From Acetivibrio alkalicellulosi (GTDB taxonomy: Bacteria > Bacillota > Clostridia > Acetivibrionales > Acetivibrionaceae): a DNA stretch of 64,000 bases. How positions within the stretch are numbered: the stretch's first letter is position 1; every line of letters starts with the position of its first letter. The stretch is taken from contig VLTH01000002.1 of assembly GCA_008125075.1 (NCBI GenBank), positions 1,307,965-1,371,964 on the forward strand. The letters are read 5' to 3'. Both the position numbers and the translations under genes were made by a program. Positions 18,031-28,800 of this stretch are shown in pieces. The notes beneath the pieces are model-generated. The model was given only the letters and a program-made list of their open reading frames with translations. It ran no database searches and was not told where the DNA came from.

Positions 18031-18181
18031 GGAATGCTGAAAATATAACTCCCACTACTATTTCACTACAGGCCTTATTATAAGATCAAAGTGAATACTA
18101 AAAAGGTCCTGCTCAATGCTCCGAGCTTTTGTTGGTGCTAAATAGACCCCATGAAAAGTAGAAGTAATATTTCAGACAACC
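18031..18181 (+). repeat. R2-b: a longer (151 bp) copy of the R2 MITE-like element with an internal insertion.
   Basis: Its left end ggaatgctgaaaatataactcccac and right end gaagtaatatttcagac match the R2-a and R2-c termini. Confidence 0.8.
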
Positions 18182-18546
18182 CTTAATAAAATATTGTCGT
18201 AATTTTTGTTTTGTTGTCCAAGAAAATATTGTATATTAAAATTATAATTTTGTCAAACTTTCCGCACCACTTTTAGGTAATTATAGGAATATGCTTCATT
18301 AAAGTTGTATATGATTATATATTTTTGTGAACTGGTTTAGCTAAATCTAACATCAGGGCTTCAAGTGGATACTCTACTTCATCTAAAGATTACAAGAGAA
18401 ACTCTACCTTATATAAGGTGTCTTAAAATAATATAAAAAACCCTCTTGAACAAGCTGAAATCTGCCGATAAATTATATGTATATTATTTATCTTGTTATT
18501 AAACATAACTTATCTCTTATTTCTAATAATTTAAGGAGTTGATCTA

Positions 18547-21072
18547 ATGAAATTTTTCATAAATCAAAAAATAGGCCTTAAATTGATAATAGCAATTACA
18601 TTATCATTTATTATTGCTATAACTATTAATATCACTCTTGCTATTACTCAATTTAGCAGCTATAATTATGATTTTAGTGAAGAGCAAGCTATTAAGGGGA
18701 TGCGTGGTTTAGAAACCGAACTTAATAATTTAAAAAATAAGGCCTTAGATTTTGGAAATATCCTATCTGTCCATCCTGACATAGTTAATAGCATAGAAGA
18801 AAGGGATTTTAATAACCTTAATTTTACTCTTGATTTATTAAAAAACAAGAGCGGTGTAGACTTTATAACAGTAACAGACGGGAATGGTACAGTTATTGCA
18901 AGAACTCATGATCCTGAAAAAATCGGTGATAACATCACCAGTCAGGTTAATATTCAAACAGCTCTTTCTGGAAAGGCCTTTTCAACATTTGAAGAAGGTA
19001 ATTCAATAGGATTTGCAGCTCGAGCAGGCGTTCCAATTTATGGGGATTCAGACGAAATTATAGGTGTTGTTTCAACTGGATATAGGCTTGACACCTGGAG
19101 TATATTAGATAATTTAAAGCAAATTTACAATACGGAACTTACATTATTTTTAGGTGATTTAAGGTATAATACTACTATACAAATGAATGGTCAAAGAATA
19201 CTGGGAACAAAACTTGATAGTAGTATAGCTGATAGAATATTATTAAGAAATGAGCAGTATTCAGGAAATGCAAATATACTTGAATCACAATATGTAGTAG
19301 CTTATAAGCCCTTAATTGATGGAAACAATCAAACTATAGGAGTTATTTTTGCAGGACAGGAATTTGGCGAAGTTGTTGCAGCAAGAAATAGAATAGCTGT
19401 AAGTATATTAATAGTTACATTTATATTAATTGCTGTCCTACTAGTTTTTGTTGGAGTATTTGTAAGAAAAGTTATAACCAAACCATTAGGAAATCTTGTG
19501 GAGGTTTCAAATACTTTAGCTAAAGGAGACGTAGATATATCTGTTCATTCAACATCAAAAGACGAAATAGGAGAACTTACAACTTCCTTTGGCAAAATGA
19601 TAGATAATATAAAACATCAGGCAAATGCTGCTGAAAAAATAGCACAGGGCGACCTTAATGTTAATATAAAACCAAAATCAGAAAAAGATATTCTTTCAAA
19701 TAGTATGAATCTTGTTGCTTCATCACTTTCTAGTTTGGTTAATGAAACACAAATGTTAACAAGATCTGCTGTTGACGGAGAGCTTGATACAAGAGGAGAT
19801 ATAACTAAATTTAACGGTGTATATAGAGAGATAATTGAAGGTGTTAACAGTACATTAGATGCTGTGCTAGAACCAGTAAAAGAAGCATCTCAGGTATTAC
19901 AGAAGCTTTCCACTGGTAATTTAAAAGAATATGTTATGGGAAATTATAAGGGAGATCATGCTGTCATAAAAGATTCTTTAAATAGCACGGTAAAAATACT
20001 ATCTGAATATATCAGTGAAATTACCTATGTTTTAACACAGTTATCAAAAGGCAACTTAAATATATCTATTAACAGTGAATATAAGGGAGACTTTATAGAA
20101 ATAAAAAACTCACTTAACTTAATTGTTGATTCCTTCAATACTGTTTTATTAGAAATAAATAATGCATCAGAACAGGTTGCCTCTGGTGCAAAACAGGTAT
20201 CAGAAACTAGTATGTCATTATCTCAAGGCTCCACAGAACAAGCTAGTTCCATTGAAGAACTTAGTTCATCAGTTGAAGAAGTTGCTAATCAGACCAAGCA
20301 AAATGCTGTCAGTGCAAATCAAGCTAATGAGTTAGCTTTAACAGCTAAAAATACTGCTGTTGAAGGAAATGAAAGAATGTATGAAATGTTACAGGCAATA
20401 AATAAAATAAATGAGGCTTCAGGTAACATTTCAAAAATAATAAAAGTAATAGATGAAATTGCTTTTCAAACTAATATTCTAGCTTTAAATGCAGCTGTAG
20501 AGGCAGCTAGAGCAGGTCAATATGGAAAAGGATTTGCCGTAGTAGCCGAAGAGGTGAGAAACCTTGCTGGAAAAAGTTCTAATGCAGCTAAAGAAACTTC
20601 TGCTCTTATAGAAGGATCCATAGAGAAAGTGGAGACAGGTACTAAAATAGCAAATGAAACTGCAGAAGCATTAAGTAGAATTGTTGATGATATAGATAAA
20701 GTATTTAATTATGTTGGAAGCATAGCTGACTCTTCTAATCATCAGGCAACAGCAATTTCACAGATAAATGATGGTATAAATCAAGTCTCCCAGGTAGTTC
20801 AAACAAATTCTGCAATATCAGAAGAATGTGCAGCAGCTAGCCAGGAACTTTCAAGTCATTCACAAATATTAAAAGAGTTAGTTGGTAAATTTGAGTTAAA
20901 AGCTATTGACTTAAAAAAAGTAAAAAGTCAGGAATTATCTCCTGAAATAATAAAAATGTTGGAACAATTAGCATTTAACAAACAACCACGAGATACTGCA
21001 CAAACTCCAAAAAACCACAAAAATAACAAGCATATAATTGATTTAAAAGATTCTGACTTTGGTAAATATTAA
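18547..21072 (+). CDS. Methyl-accepting chemotaxis protein: N-terminal transmembrane segment, Cache-like sensor, second transmembrane segment, HAMP, four repeated linker modules of about 40 aa, then the MCP signalling domain.
   Basis: AAGGAG RBS 8 nt upstream. Two transmembrane segments. The highly conserved MCP signalling core is present (AFQTNILALNAAVEAARAGQYGKGFAVVAEEVRNLAGKS). Repeated motifs GxL...G.YKGD...IK.SLN are visible. Confidence 0.9.
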   Translation: MKFFINQKIGLKLIIAITLSFIIAITINITLAITQFSSYNYDFSEEQAIKGMRGLETELNNLKNKALDFGNILSVHPDIVNSIEERDFNNLNFTLDLLKNKSGVDFITVTDGNGTVIARTHDPEKIGDNITSQVNIQTALSGKAFSTFEEGNSIGFAARAGVPIYGDSDEIIGVVSTGYRLDTWSILDNLKQIYNTELTLFLGDLRYNTTIQMNGQRILGTKLDSSIADRILLRNEQYSGNANILESQYVVAYKPLIDGNNQTIGVIFAGQEFGEVVAARNRIAVSILIVTFILIAVLLVFVGVFVRKVITKPLGNLVEVSNTLAKGDVDISVHSTSKDEIGELTTSFGKMIDNIKHQANAAEKIAQGDLNVNIKPKSEKDILSNSMNLVASSLSSLVNETQMLTRSAVDGELDTRGDITKFNGVYREIIEGVNSTLDAVLEPVKEASQVLQKLSTGNLKEYVMGNYKGDHAVIKDSLNSTVKILSEYISEITYVLTQLSKGNLNISINSEYKGDFIEIKNSLNLIVDSFNTVLLEINNASEQVASGAKQVSETSMSLSQGSTEQASSIEELSSSVEEVANQTKQNAVSANQANELALTAKNTAVEGNERMYEMLQAINKINEASGNISKIIKVIDEIAFQTNILALNAAVEAARAGQYGKGFAVVAEEVRNLAGKSSNAAKETSALIEGSIEKVETGTKIANETAEALSRIVDDIDKVFNYVGSIADSSNHQATAISQINDGINQVSQVVQTNSAISEECAAASQELSSHSQILKELVGKFELKAIDLKKVKSQELSPEIIKMLEQLAFNKQPRDTAQTPKNHKNNKHIIDLKDSDFGKY

Positions 21073-21094
21073 ATTTATACTTGATGGGCGGTTA

Positions 21095-22417
21095 TCATTT
21101 GCTTTTCATATAGGGCTTTAATGCTTCAATATCTTTATCAAGTTGATCTAAAACAGTTTGAGAGCAATTATTAAGTAATGTAGCAGCAGGAACTGATATG
21201 TTTGAGCTATCCTTAAAGACCTCACTCCACCAGATTGTTCTTGCTTTTTCATCTAGTGGAGTAAGGTTATAGTCAGGTATTCTTTCAATTAGCATCCTAT
21301 ATAGCCTATCAATATCCTGATCACCAAATAAAACATCATTGTAAACATTAGTATCATTAGGTTTCATAACCTCACCAATTATCTCTATGTGCCTGTTTGA
21401 AAGCAATTCCACAACTGTCCATGCAGCTTCTTTGTTGCTGGCCTCAGATGAAATTGCTGCAACAGCACTATTTGCCCAACTATATATACCAAATGGTAAT
21501 CGGGTCATGCGCCATTTTCCATCTTCTTTACCATTTGTCAACTTTTTCAGAGTATCTATATCTGAAAAAGTTGACTGAAACATTATAGTTTTACCAGTTT
21601 CAATAGAGCTTTCCTTATTAAAATCAGTTAAATTTACCATATGTGCTAAACCTAGAGAATCCACAGTTCTTCCTAATTCCAGCATATTAACAAAAAGATT
21701 GGTGTTTCGCATAAAATTTAAATTTGAGTCAAATACATTTGAACTGATATCTGCGTAAAATAGAGGCTCATAGGTCCAGGAGATCATATACTTATCATTT
21801 TCCCTAAAAGTCTTAGCCATTTGCAGCCAGTTATTTATGTTTTCCATATACACAGCAAGCTCTTCTGGATCTGCAGGAAAGCCTGCAGCCTTCATTGCAT
21901 CGTATCTATAAAAGGTTACAGCCGGAAAAAGCTCAACTGGCAAAGCTATGAGTTTTTTTCCATCTAATGAACGTAGAGCTTTTTTTAAGTTTTCTGGATA
22001 TTCATTAATGATAGACTCAGCATTAAAAGTATTAAGATCAATAAATGCATTGGTAGAGTTAAAACTTCCCATCAAAATAGGATCTAAAATAAAAACATCA
22101 GGCAACTCACCCATACTATGTGCCAGTGAATAAACATTAGTTGCTTCAAAAGGAGAAATAACCCGATAGTTAATTATACTATTCGAAATGCCCTTGTGAA
22201 TCAACTCCTTAATCTCTTCACTTATCTCATAAAAAGACCATATAGTTAATTCTTCTATCTTTTTGATTTCTGAGTAATCTTCTAAAATATTATTTTGTTC
22301 AGGCATCTCAACACCATGTCCCGGTCTAATAACTATAGGTTCCCTTTTCTCTCCATAGTTGCATGCAATCAGTAAAAGCATAGTGCTATAAATCAAAAAC
22401 AAAATATACTTTTTCAC
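21095..22417 (-). CDS. Lipoprotein resembling an ABC substrate-binding protein (family 1-like). Translationally coupled downstream of the GGDEF-EAL gene and likely its ligand-sensing partner.
   Basis: GTG start 2 nt after the upstream stop, with AAGGAGTG inside the end of the upstream gene. Signal peptide plus lipobox LLIAC. Size of 440 aa fits a solute-binding protein. The family assignment is tentative. Confidence 0.65.
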   Translation of the reverse strand: MKKYILFLIYSTMLLLIACNYGEKREPIVIRPGHGVEMPEQNNILEDYSEIKKIEELTIWSFYEISEEIKELIHKGISNSIINYRVISPFEATNVYSLAHSMGELPDVFILDPILMGSFNSTNAFIDLNTFNAESIINEYPENLKKALRSLDGKKLIALPVELFPAVTFYRYDAMKAAGFPADPEELAVYMENINNWLQMAKTFRENDKYMISWTYEPLFYADISSNVFDSNLNFMRNTNLFVNMLELGRTVDSLGLAHMVNLTDFNKESSIETGKTIMFQSTFSDIDTLKKLTNGKEDGKWRMTRLPFGIYSWANSAVAAISSEASNKEAAWTVVELLSNRHIEIIGEVMKPNDTNVYNDVLFGDQDIDRLYRMLIERIPDYNLTPLDEKARTIWWSEVFKDSSNISVPAATLLNNCSQTVLDQLDKDIEALKPYMKSK

Positions 22418-22418
22418 T

Positions 22419-25022
22419 TTAAAAGATCACTCCTTCTATGACTTTTGAATTGTCCATACACTGCTCCCACATTTGAGTAAAACTTTCTTTATTCATTGGT
22501 TGATAAAAGTAGTGCCCCTGCATTTCATCACAATGATATCTCTTTAAAAAACTCCTTTCAGACTCTATTTCAATGCCTTCAGCTACTACTTTTAAGTTCA
22601 TTCCATGGGCTAGTGCAATAATAGCTTTTACAATAGAACTATTGTTCCTATTAGTACCAACACTTCGAACAAAGGATTTATCAATTTTTACTACACTGAT
22701 TGGAAAATGTTTTAGCTGTTTTAGGGAAGAATATCCAGTTCCAAAATCATCAATAGAAATTGTCACTCCCATATCTTTTAGCTGTCGTAACACCTTGTTC
22801 ACATAGTCAACGTCTTTTATCATAAACCCCTCTGTAATTTCTAGTTCAAGGTATCTAGGCTCTAATCCTGTCTCATCTAATATCATTCGAATCTCTTCTA
22901 TAATACGCTCATTGTAAAATTGCCTCGCTGATAAGTTAACAGCAACACGTATTTTAGGAAATCCCGCATCCTGCCATTTTTTATTCTGCAAGCATGCTTC
23001 TCTTAAAACCCATTTCCCAACAGGGATAATAAGACCAGATTGCTCAGCTACTGGAATGAATTGACTAGGAGAAATAAATCCTTTTTGGGGATGATTCCAT
23101 CTAATTAGTGCTTCTATCCCTTGTATTTCTGATGTAACTCCATCAACTATTGCTTGATAATATATGGTAAGCTGTTTTGTATCTAGAACTTTACGCAATT
23201 GATTTTCCAACCACAATTGTTCATTAAGTCTCGTTTGAAAAGACTCAGTATAAAAAGAGTAAGTATTTCTTCCTTCTTCCTTAGCAATATACATAGATGC
23301 ATCTGCAAACCTCATTAGTGTTTCTGCATTATCCCCATCCTTAGGATACAATGCAATCCCAATGCTTGATGTTATATGCAGTTCATGTTGATCTATATAA
23401 ACGGGCTTTCTAATTAATCCCAAAATATGTTGTGCTATACACTCAGCCCACTCCTGATCCATCTGTTCTCCAATCACAACAAACTCATCTCCACTTATAC
23501 GAAATACTCGAATAGTATCTGATTCAATTGTGGCAAGTCGTGCAGAAATTTCTTTTAGCAACCGATCACCTACAGCATGCCCAAGAGAATCATTTACTTG
23601 TTTAAAACGATCAAGGTCAAAGAATAATAGTGCGAAAAAGCTGTCCTTAGAAGAACATTGAAATAATGAGTTTAGTGCATCCTGCATTGATAGGCGATTA
23701 GGCAAGCCTGTAAGTAAATCATAATATGCCAGACGATGGGTTCTATGAAACATACTCTTTAAGTTGTCTGCCACTGTTTTGAAGTTACATGCTAATGTAT
23801 CAATTTCTACTATACTACTCTTATTCCATTCGATCTGGTTTTGCCCAGCTAGACGTGCAGGGATTCCTGTTGTAGTATCTGCAAGTTTTGCCAGTGGTTT
23901 AAAGAATATGTGTTCAAATAGAATACTAAGAAAAATCATACCTGAACAAAAAAACAAATACACCCAAAGTTGAGATATATATAAGCTTAATAAATTTGAT
24001 AAAAATGACTCAAAAGGCATCATAATGACTACCTTTAACTGCATATCATAAAAAACTTTTTCTCTTATAACATATGCATAACTCCATTTCTCTAATTGAC
24101 TTTTAAATTCTCCATTAGGTACCCAATAAAAGATATTACTAAACTCAGCTGCTACGCTTCCCCCTCTATACCAAACAAAATTTTCTCCTCTCAGAGGTTC
24201 TAAATTAGATCCTATTACCATATCATAGAGGTTAGTGATAACAATTTCTGTACCACTGTCTGCTGAGATTTCCCCTAAAATTTGATTTAATCGAGATACT
24301 TGAACAACGCCATGGTGTTTTAGCGCAAATAAGTCAGTATTTGTGTGATTTTTCAGGTGGCTTTCTATAGCCTGCATTTGAGATACAAATGTTCCATCAG
24401 CTAAATCTATAATACCCAGTGTGTTTTTGTAACCATTGAAACTCATATATATCAAGTATGGAATTGTAATAGCCACTAGAGTTGTATGGATCATAATACA
24501 ATTAAAGCGAAAACCCTTTTTAGAACCACCCATTTGTTTTAAAGGACCATATGTAAATAAAATATCTACAAACAAGCTACTAATTAGTGCCGTAATTATT
24601 TCTTTTAGAATTATAAAAATGCTAATTTGAGCCATCTCACCATTTGCAATTGTAAACGTAATAGCCATAAGTGGCCCACCTATCAATAACCAAAACAGTA
24701 AGGTATTTTGAATTAGTCCATTGGGATTGTTTTTCATTCTATATGATATAAATGCTACAGCCAAAATGTAAATTACGCCCATTTGTAAATTTATAGCACT
24801 CATTAACACAGCACATCCATATATGACGAAAGCAGCCAATATAGTTTCTCTGATTCGATACAAGCAAATAATGACAAGTAATGAAATAGTAGCCAAAGAC
24901 AAGCTGATACCAGCAAATAAAATAATGGGTTGCGTTAGTAAAAACAAAGATAATGCCACTAGAGCTATGTATATAAAAAACCTCATTGCCCATTTGGGTA
25001 TAAAATTTTTAATTGGCATCAA
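22419..25022 (-). CDS. Multi-pass membrane sensor protein with GGDEF and EAL domains for c-di-GMP turnover. The GGDEF motif is degenerate (SGDEF) and the EAL motif is intact, so it is likely a phosphodiesterase.
   Basis: 867 aa. The N-terminal half has multiple transmembrane helices. RISGDEFVV replaces the GGDEF motif. QGIEALIRW, DDFGTGYSS and ELEITE match EAL-domain motifs. Confidence 0.9.
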   Translation of the reverse strand: MMPIKNFIPKWAMRFFIYIALVALSLFLLTQPIILFAGISLSLATISLLVIICLYRIRETILAAFVIYGCAVLMSAINLQMGVIYILAVAFISYRMKNNPNGLIQNTLLFWLLIGGPLMAITFTIANGEMAQISIFIILKEIITALISSLFVDILFTYGPLKQMGGSKKGFRFNCIMIHTTLVAITIPYLIYMSFNGYKNTLGIIDLADGTFVSQMQAIESHLKNHTNTDLFALKHHGVVQVSRLNQILGEISADSGTEIVITNLYDMVIGSNLEPLRGENFVWYRGGSVAAEFSNIFYWVPNGEFKSQLEKWSYAYVIREKVFYDMQLKVVIMMPFESFLSNLLSLYISQLWVYLFFCSGMIFLSILFEHIFFKPLAKLADTTTGIPARLAGQNQIEWNKSSIVEIDTLACNFKTVADNLKSMFHRTHRLAYYDLLTGLPNRLSMQDALNSLFQCSSKDSFFALLFFDLDRFKQVNDSLGHAVGDRLLKEISARLATIESDTIRVFRISGDEFVVIGEQMDQEWAECIAQHILGLIRKPVYIDQHELHITSSIGIALYPKDGDNAETLMRFADASMYIAKEEGRNTYSFYTESFQTRLNEQLWLENQLRKVLDTKQLTIYYQAIVDGVTSEIQGIEALIRWNHPQKGFISPSQFIPVAEQSGLIIPVGKWVLREACLQNKKWQDAGFPKIRVAVNLSARQFYNERIIEEIRMILDETGLEPRYLELEITEGFMIKDVDYVNKVLRQLKDMGVTISIDDFGTGYSSLKQLKHFPISVVKIDKSFVRSVGTNRNNSSIVKAIIALAHGMNLKVVAEGIEIESERSFLKRYHCDEMQGHYFYQPMNKESFTQMWEQCMDNSKVIEGVIF

Positions 25023-25250
25023 AAAATACTCCCTCCAATAGTTTGATATACAATAACAAATAAAATCAAATGTTCATTCATACTGCCATTATTGACGAAT
25101 TTTTTATGTATATAGAATAATAGTTCAACGAATTTTTACAAAACCCTTCTTTTTTAAATATATTTTTTCCTTTTTAAAGTTAAATTCCTTTTACTTGCAT
25201 AGGGAAATATTTCATATTTCCCAGTTTTTCAAAGCTTTTCAAACTATATC

Positions 25251-25449
25251 GGGTGCATATTATTTAAGTGAAGAAAAATATGGAAGAAACATTGTAAAGC
25301 AATTAGTAGAGCCTGTTAATGCGACGAGGAAAGGGAGAGCATTGTTTGAGCGAAGCGAGTTTTGCTCGATGCCGAGGAGTATTTACAGGCTCTAAACTGC
25401 GAAACTTTAGTTTCTGGAATATTTTTCTTCACATTTGTTACATGCACCC
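25251..25449 (+). repeat. R3-a: a 199-bp MITE-like element with roughly 30-bp terminal inverted repeats (GGGTGCAT..TTTAAGTGAAGAAAAATAT). Its interior holds an R1-like core (gagcgaagcgag...gctcgatgcc).
   Basis: The left end gggtgcatattatttaagtgaagaaaaatat matches the reverse complement of the right end gaatatttttcttcacatttgttacatgcaccc. Fragments of the left end recur at 52674, 55143, 58585, 62163 and 12826/13180. Confidence 0.75.
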
Positions 25450-25632
25450 AACTATATCAGATAATTTGACAACTACTAACTTGCAATCAAAGAACATATC
25501 TTTGTAAATTTCTTTTTATATTATAACACATTTGTTTTTTTCTTCAATGATCTAAGTTAAAAATGGTCACCTCCTTCTAAGAATTCTAATGAAAAAAGGG
25601 GCTTAGCTAATAGCTAAAACCCTTTCTCATTA

Positions 25633-25696
25633 GAAGTCTTGGAACGAAAGTGAAAGACTTAAAAGCGAAGGGGCTCGATGCCCCAAGCTTTTATTT
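25633..25696 (+). repeat. R1-B element (hairpin 1 aagtctt/aagactt; hairpin 2 ggggctcgatgcccc; T-tract). Terminator-like on both strands.
   Basis: gaagtcttggaacgaaagtgaaagacttaaaagcgaaggggctcgatgccccaagcttttattt. It lies between the 3' end of the giant ATPase gene and the promoter region of the GGDEF-EAL gene. Confidence 0.7.
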
Positions 25697-25853
25697 AATA
25701 TTAAAGGTCAATACTTGATCTTTTTGCTCATGAATGTCTAATTCAATTACACCTGATACATGCCTTATCATTAATACGTAGTCTGTATTGTCTATATTAC
25801 CATCGCCATTAATAATCAAATGTATCTAGCAACAGCCTATCTTTTTTACATCT

Positions 25854-28800
25854 CTATTTTTTCCCTTGGGATATACGTTCAACAAATTTTTGAACCCCAT
25901 TTGAGTGCATATCTTTTAACTCAGTCATTATCTCAACAAGGTTTTCAAGTTCTTTCTTTTCTACACCTTTTGCAAGCACCTCTTTTATGTTTTCCAACAT
26001 TAGTACTGCCTGCCCTACTTTATCATCACCTTTAACAAGCTTGTTTTTATTGAAAAATACTTTAATCTCTTCCCATCTAACTTTTTCCTCTTCATTGAGA
26101 CAACCCACAAGTTCCTTCCATTTAAGCATATTTGCTTCTGCACCAGTAGTAAGTGTTTGTGAATCATTTTCATATGCAGAGATAACAAGTTCATTTACTT
26201 CGTCGTCGTTCATAACAGCTACTATTTTCTCGGCTATTTTGTTCATATTTCTGTATGAACCTTGAAGTTTAAATGGAGGTTCTGTCCTGTACTCATCAGC
26301 CTGTGCTGCCGAACGTATATATTCCATATTTATCTTTAAAACTACGTCTCTTACCTTAATAAGCTTTTTAAATACATCTGTAAACTCATTAATTTCTTCA
26401 ATAGAGTAATTCCCCTCAAAATTCATATCTTCCATATGAGAACCTTGAGCTATTTCTATTAATGAGTAAATATCCTTTCTACTCCTATTTGAAAGCTTGC
26501 TTAGAACTGGATTAGATGTTAAGCTGTTCTCAATAAAGCTTAAAATAAAGGCATCATTATTCTCTCTTGTCATATCCCCAAGATTGTATACATCTGCTCT
26601 ATTTGAAAGCATATCTGGAATTTGAAATTTATCTCCACTTTCAGTATAAGGATTTCCAGCCATTACAACAGCAACTTTTTTACCTCTTAAATCATAACTT
26701 TGACCAACACCTTTATAAACCCCTTCTATTTTTCTCTGTCCATCACAAAGAGGTATAAACTTTTGCAAAAATTCTGGATTACAGTGCTGAATATCGTCAA
26801 CATATATCATTATGTTATTACCCATCTTAAATGCTAAATTAAGCTTTCTAAGCTCCTCTTTAGCACTTGCATTTTTTGCGCTTTCAGGGTCTAAAGAAGT
26901 AACTTCATGTCCTAGTGCCGGCCCATTTATTTTTATCAGTGTAATTCCAAGTCTGTTTGCAACATACTCCATCAACGTAGTTTTACCATAACCTGGAGGT
27001 GAAATCAAAAGAAGCATTCCCATTAAGTCAGTACGCTTGTTTTCTCCGGCTACACCTATTTGCTTTGCCAAATTATGCCCTATAAGAGGCAAGTAAACTT
27101 TGTCAATAAGTTGACTTCGAACAAATGACGATAATACTCCAGTTTTAAACTCATCCATCCTAAGCTCATCTTTACATTCTTGAATAAGCTTTTTCTTTAA
27201 TTCTTGGAAATTTATATAATCCGGTACTGCACCCTTTTCAAAGCTCTGTAGCTTTTTCATAAACTCTGTATATGATAAAATATACTCTCCATTTTTTATA
27301 ATTGGGTGACTTCCACTCAAGTCTTTAATTGTCAGCGATGTCTTTGTCTGTATTAAATTTCTTGCATCATAGCCATTTAAAATGAACATAACCGCAACTT
27401 CATCTACTAAACCCCTGACATTATCAAATTCTCTATCAACTAAAAATGCCATCAACCATTCTCGTATTAAATAGTATAAACCTTCTAAATCTTTGACTGA
27501 GGCTTTAAGCGAATCTGTAAAAAGATCATATGCATTTTTATCTTTCAAATCATCTAAAAACTCAAAATACAAATCATGGGCTTCCATACTAATTACAAAA
27601 GAATTCCCACGCATTAATTCCATACATAGGTACTCGGAAGCTTCGCTAATAAGTCCAACCTCAAAAAATGTCATGCTACAAAGTGATTGCTCCATAGATT
27701 TTTTTACTAAAGGCAAATAATCACTTAAATTAGGTTTTCTATTAAAATATAGAGAAACTTTTGACAATTCTTTTAGCCTTATTTCAAATTTTTCTTTCAT
27801 TTCATCACTAGCAAAGCGCTTCCAGAAAAGCTGTGCAAACGCCCTAGCTGATGGACTGTAAATTAAAAGATCAATATCTACATGTAGTTTTATTAGTTCT
27901 TTTAAAATAATAAGGCAGTCCATATCATGAACACCTTTTGTATAACTCTCTTGATACCTAGGCTCCATAAACTTTTGTATGAATTCTAGAAGCTCTTGAT
28001 CTGAATATCTTTGTAAGCTTTCGATATTTTTGTTTTCTGCTTCAAATATTTTATAAGTAAGATATTCTCCCCTGTAAACTTCTTTGTTTTCAGATAAAAC
28101 TTCCTGATCCCAGCTGGCACGATATTTGTTAATCTCTTGGGATGTAACTCTTTCCCAAAAATCAGTACCTGAAATATGAAAGTAAAAACCATCATCTTTT
28201 TTTACCATTGAAAGATCAAGTGGTTTTGTATTAACGGAAAATAAATTATTCCCAAACTTCACAACATTCTTACCACCAACAAAAAGCTCCTGTTTATCCT
28301 TAAGCTGGCGTATTGCATCTTCCCTAACTGTTTTTAATCTAGACTGTATTTCATCTGACTTAACTGTATCGTTAAGAGAAATAAGCTGACTTGCAATATC
28401 TCTTACCTTTTCAATCATAATGTCAGATGCAAAATAACCATTAATCTCTTCTATTTCATTAAAACTGTTTAGTCTGTTTCCAATTCCCTTAAGAAGTCTA
28501 TCGGCTGCCGACATAAGAGCAGTAATCTTTTTGTTTTGCCTATCTAATATTGATTGTTTTTTTGTTTCAAATGCATTGTAAAGCTCTTCTCTTTTTTCAG
28601 TCAGATCTACTATATACTCTTCAAAATCCGCAAACTTTCCCTCTAACTCTTCAATCTGAACTATTACCTTATTTAAATACTCGTCACATTTATCAACTGA
28701 GTCAGAAATATCAAGATAATTAACTACAGCATGGTTTAATAGCTTCATTTGTGAATGAAACTGTGCAGACCCCTCTGTTTTTAAAAGATCGTCCATGCAT

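Noticed and set aside
25195-25507. Overlapping small ORFs (25195-25395 and 25319-25507), and 62108-62326 on the minus strand, which share a GAY[YF]LSEEK peptide.
   Set aside because: The shared peptide arises only because both read through copies of the R3 repeat (aagtgaagaaaaatat). They lie in intergenic repeat DNA without RBSs. They are not genes.
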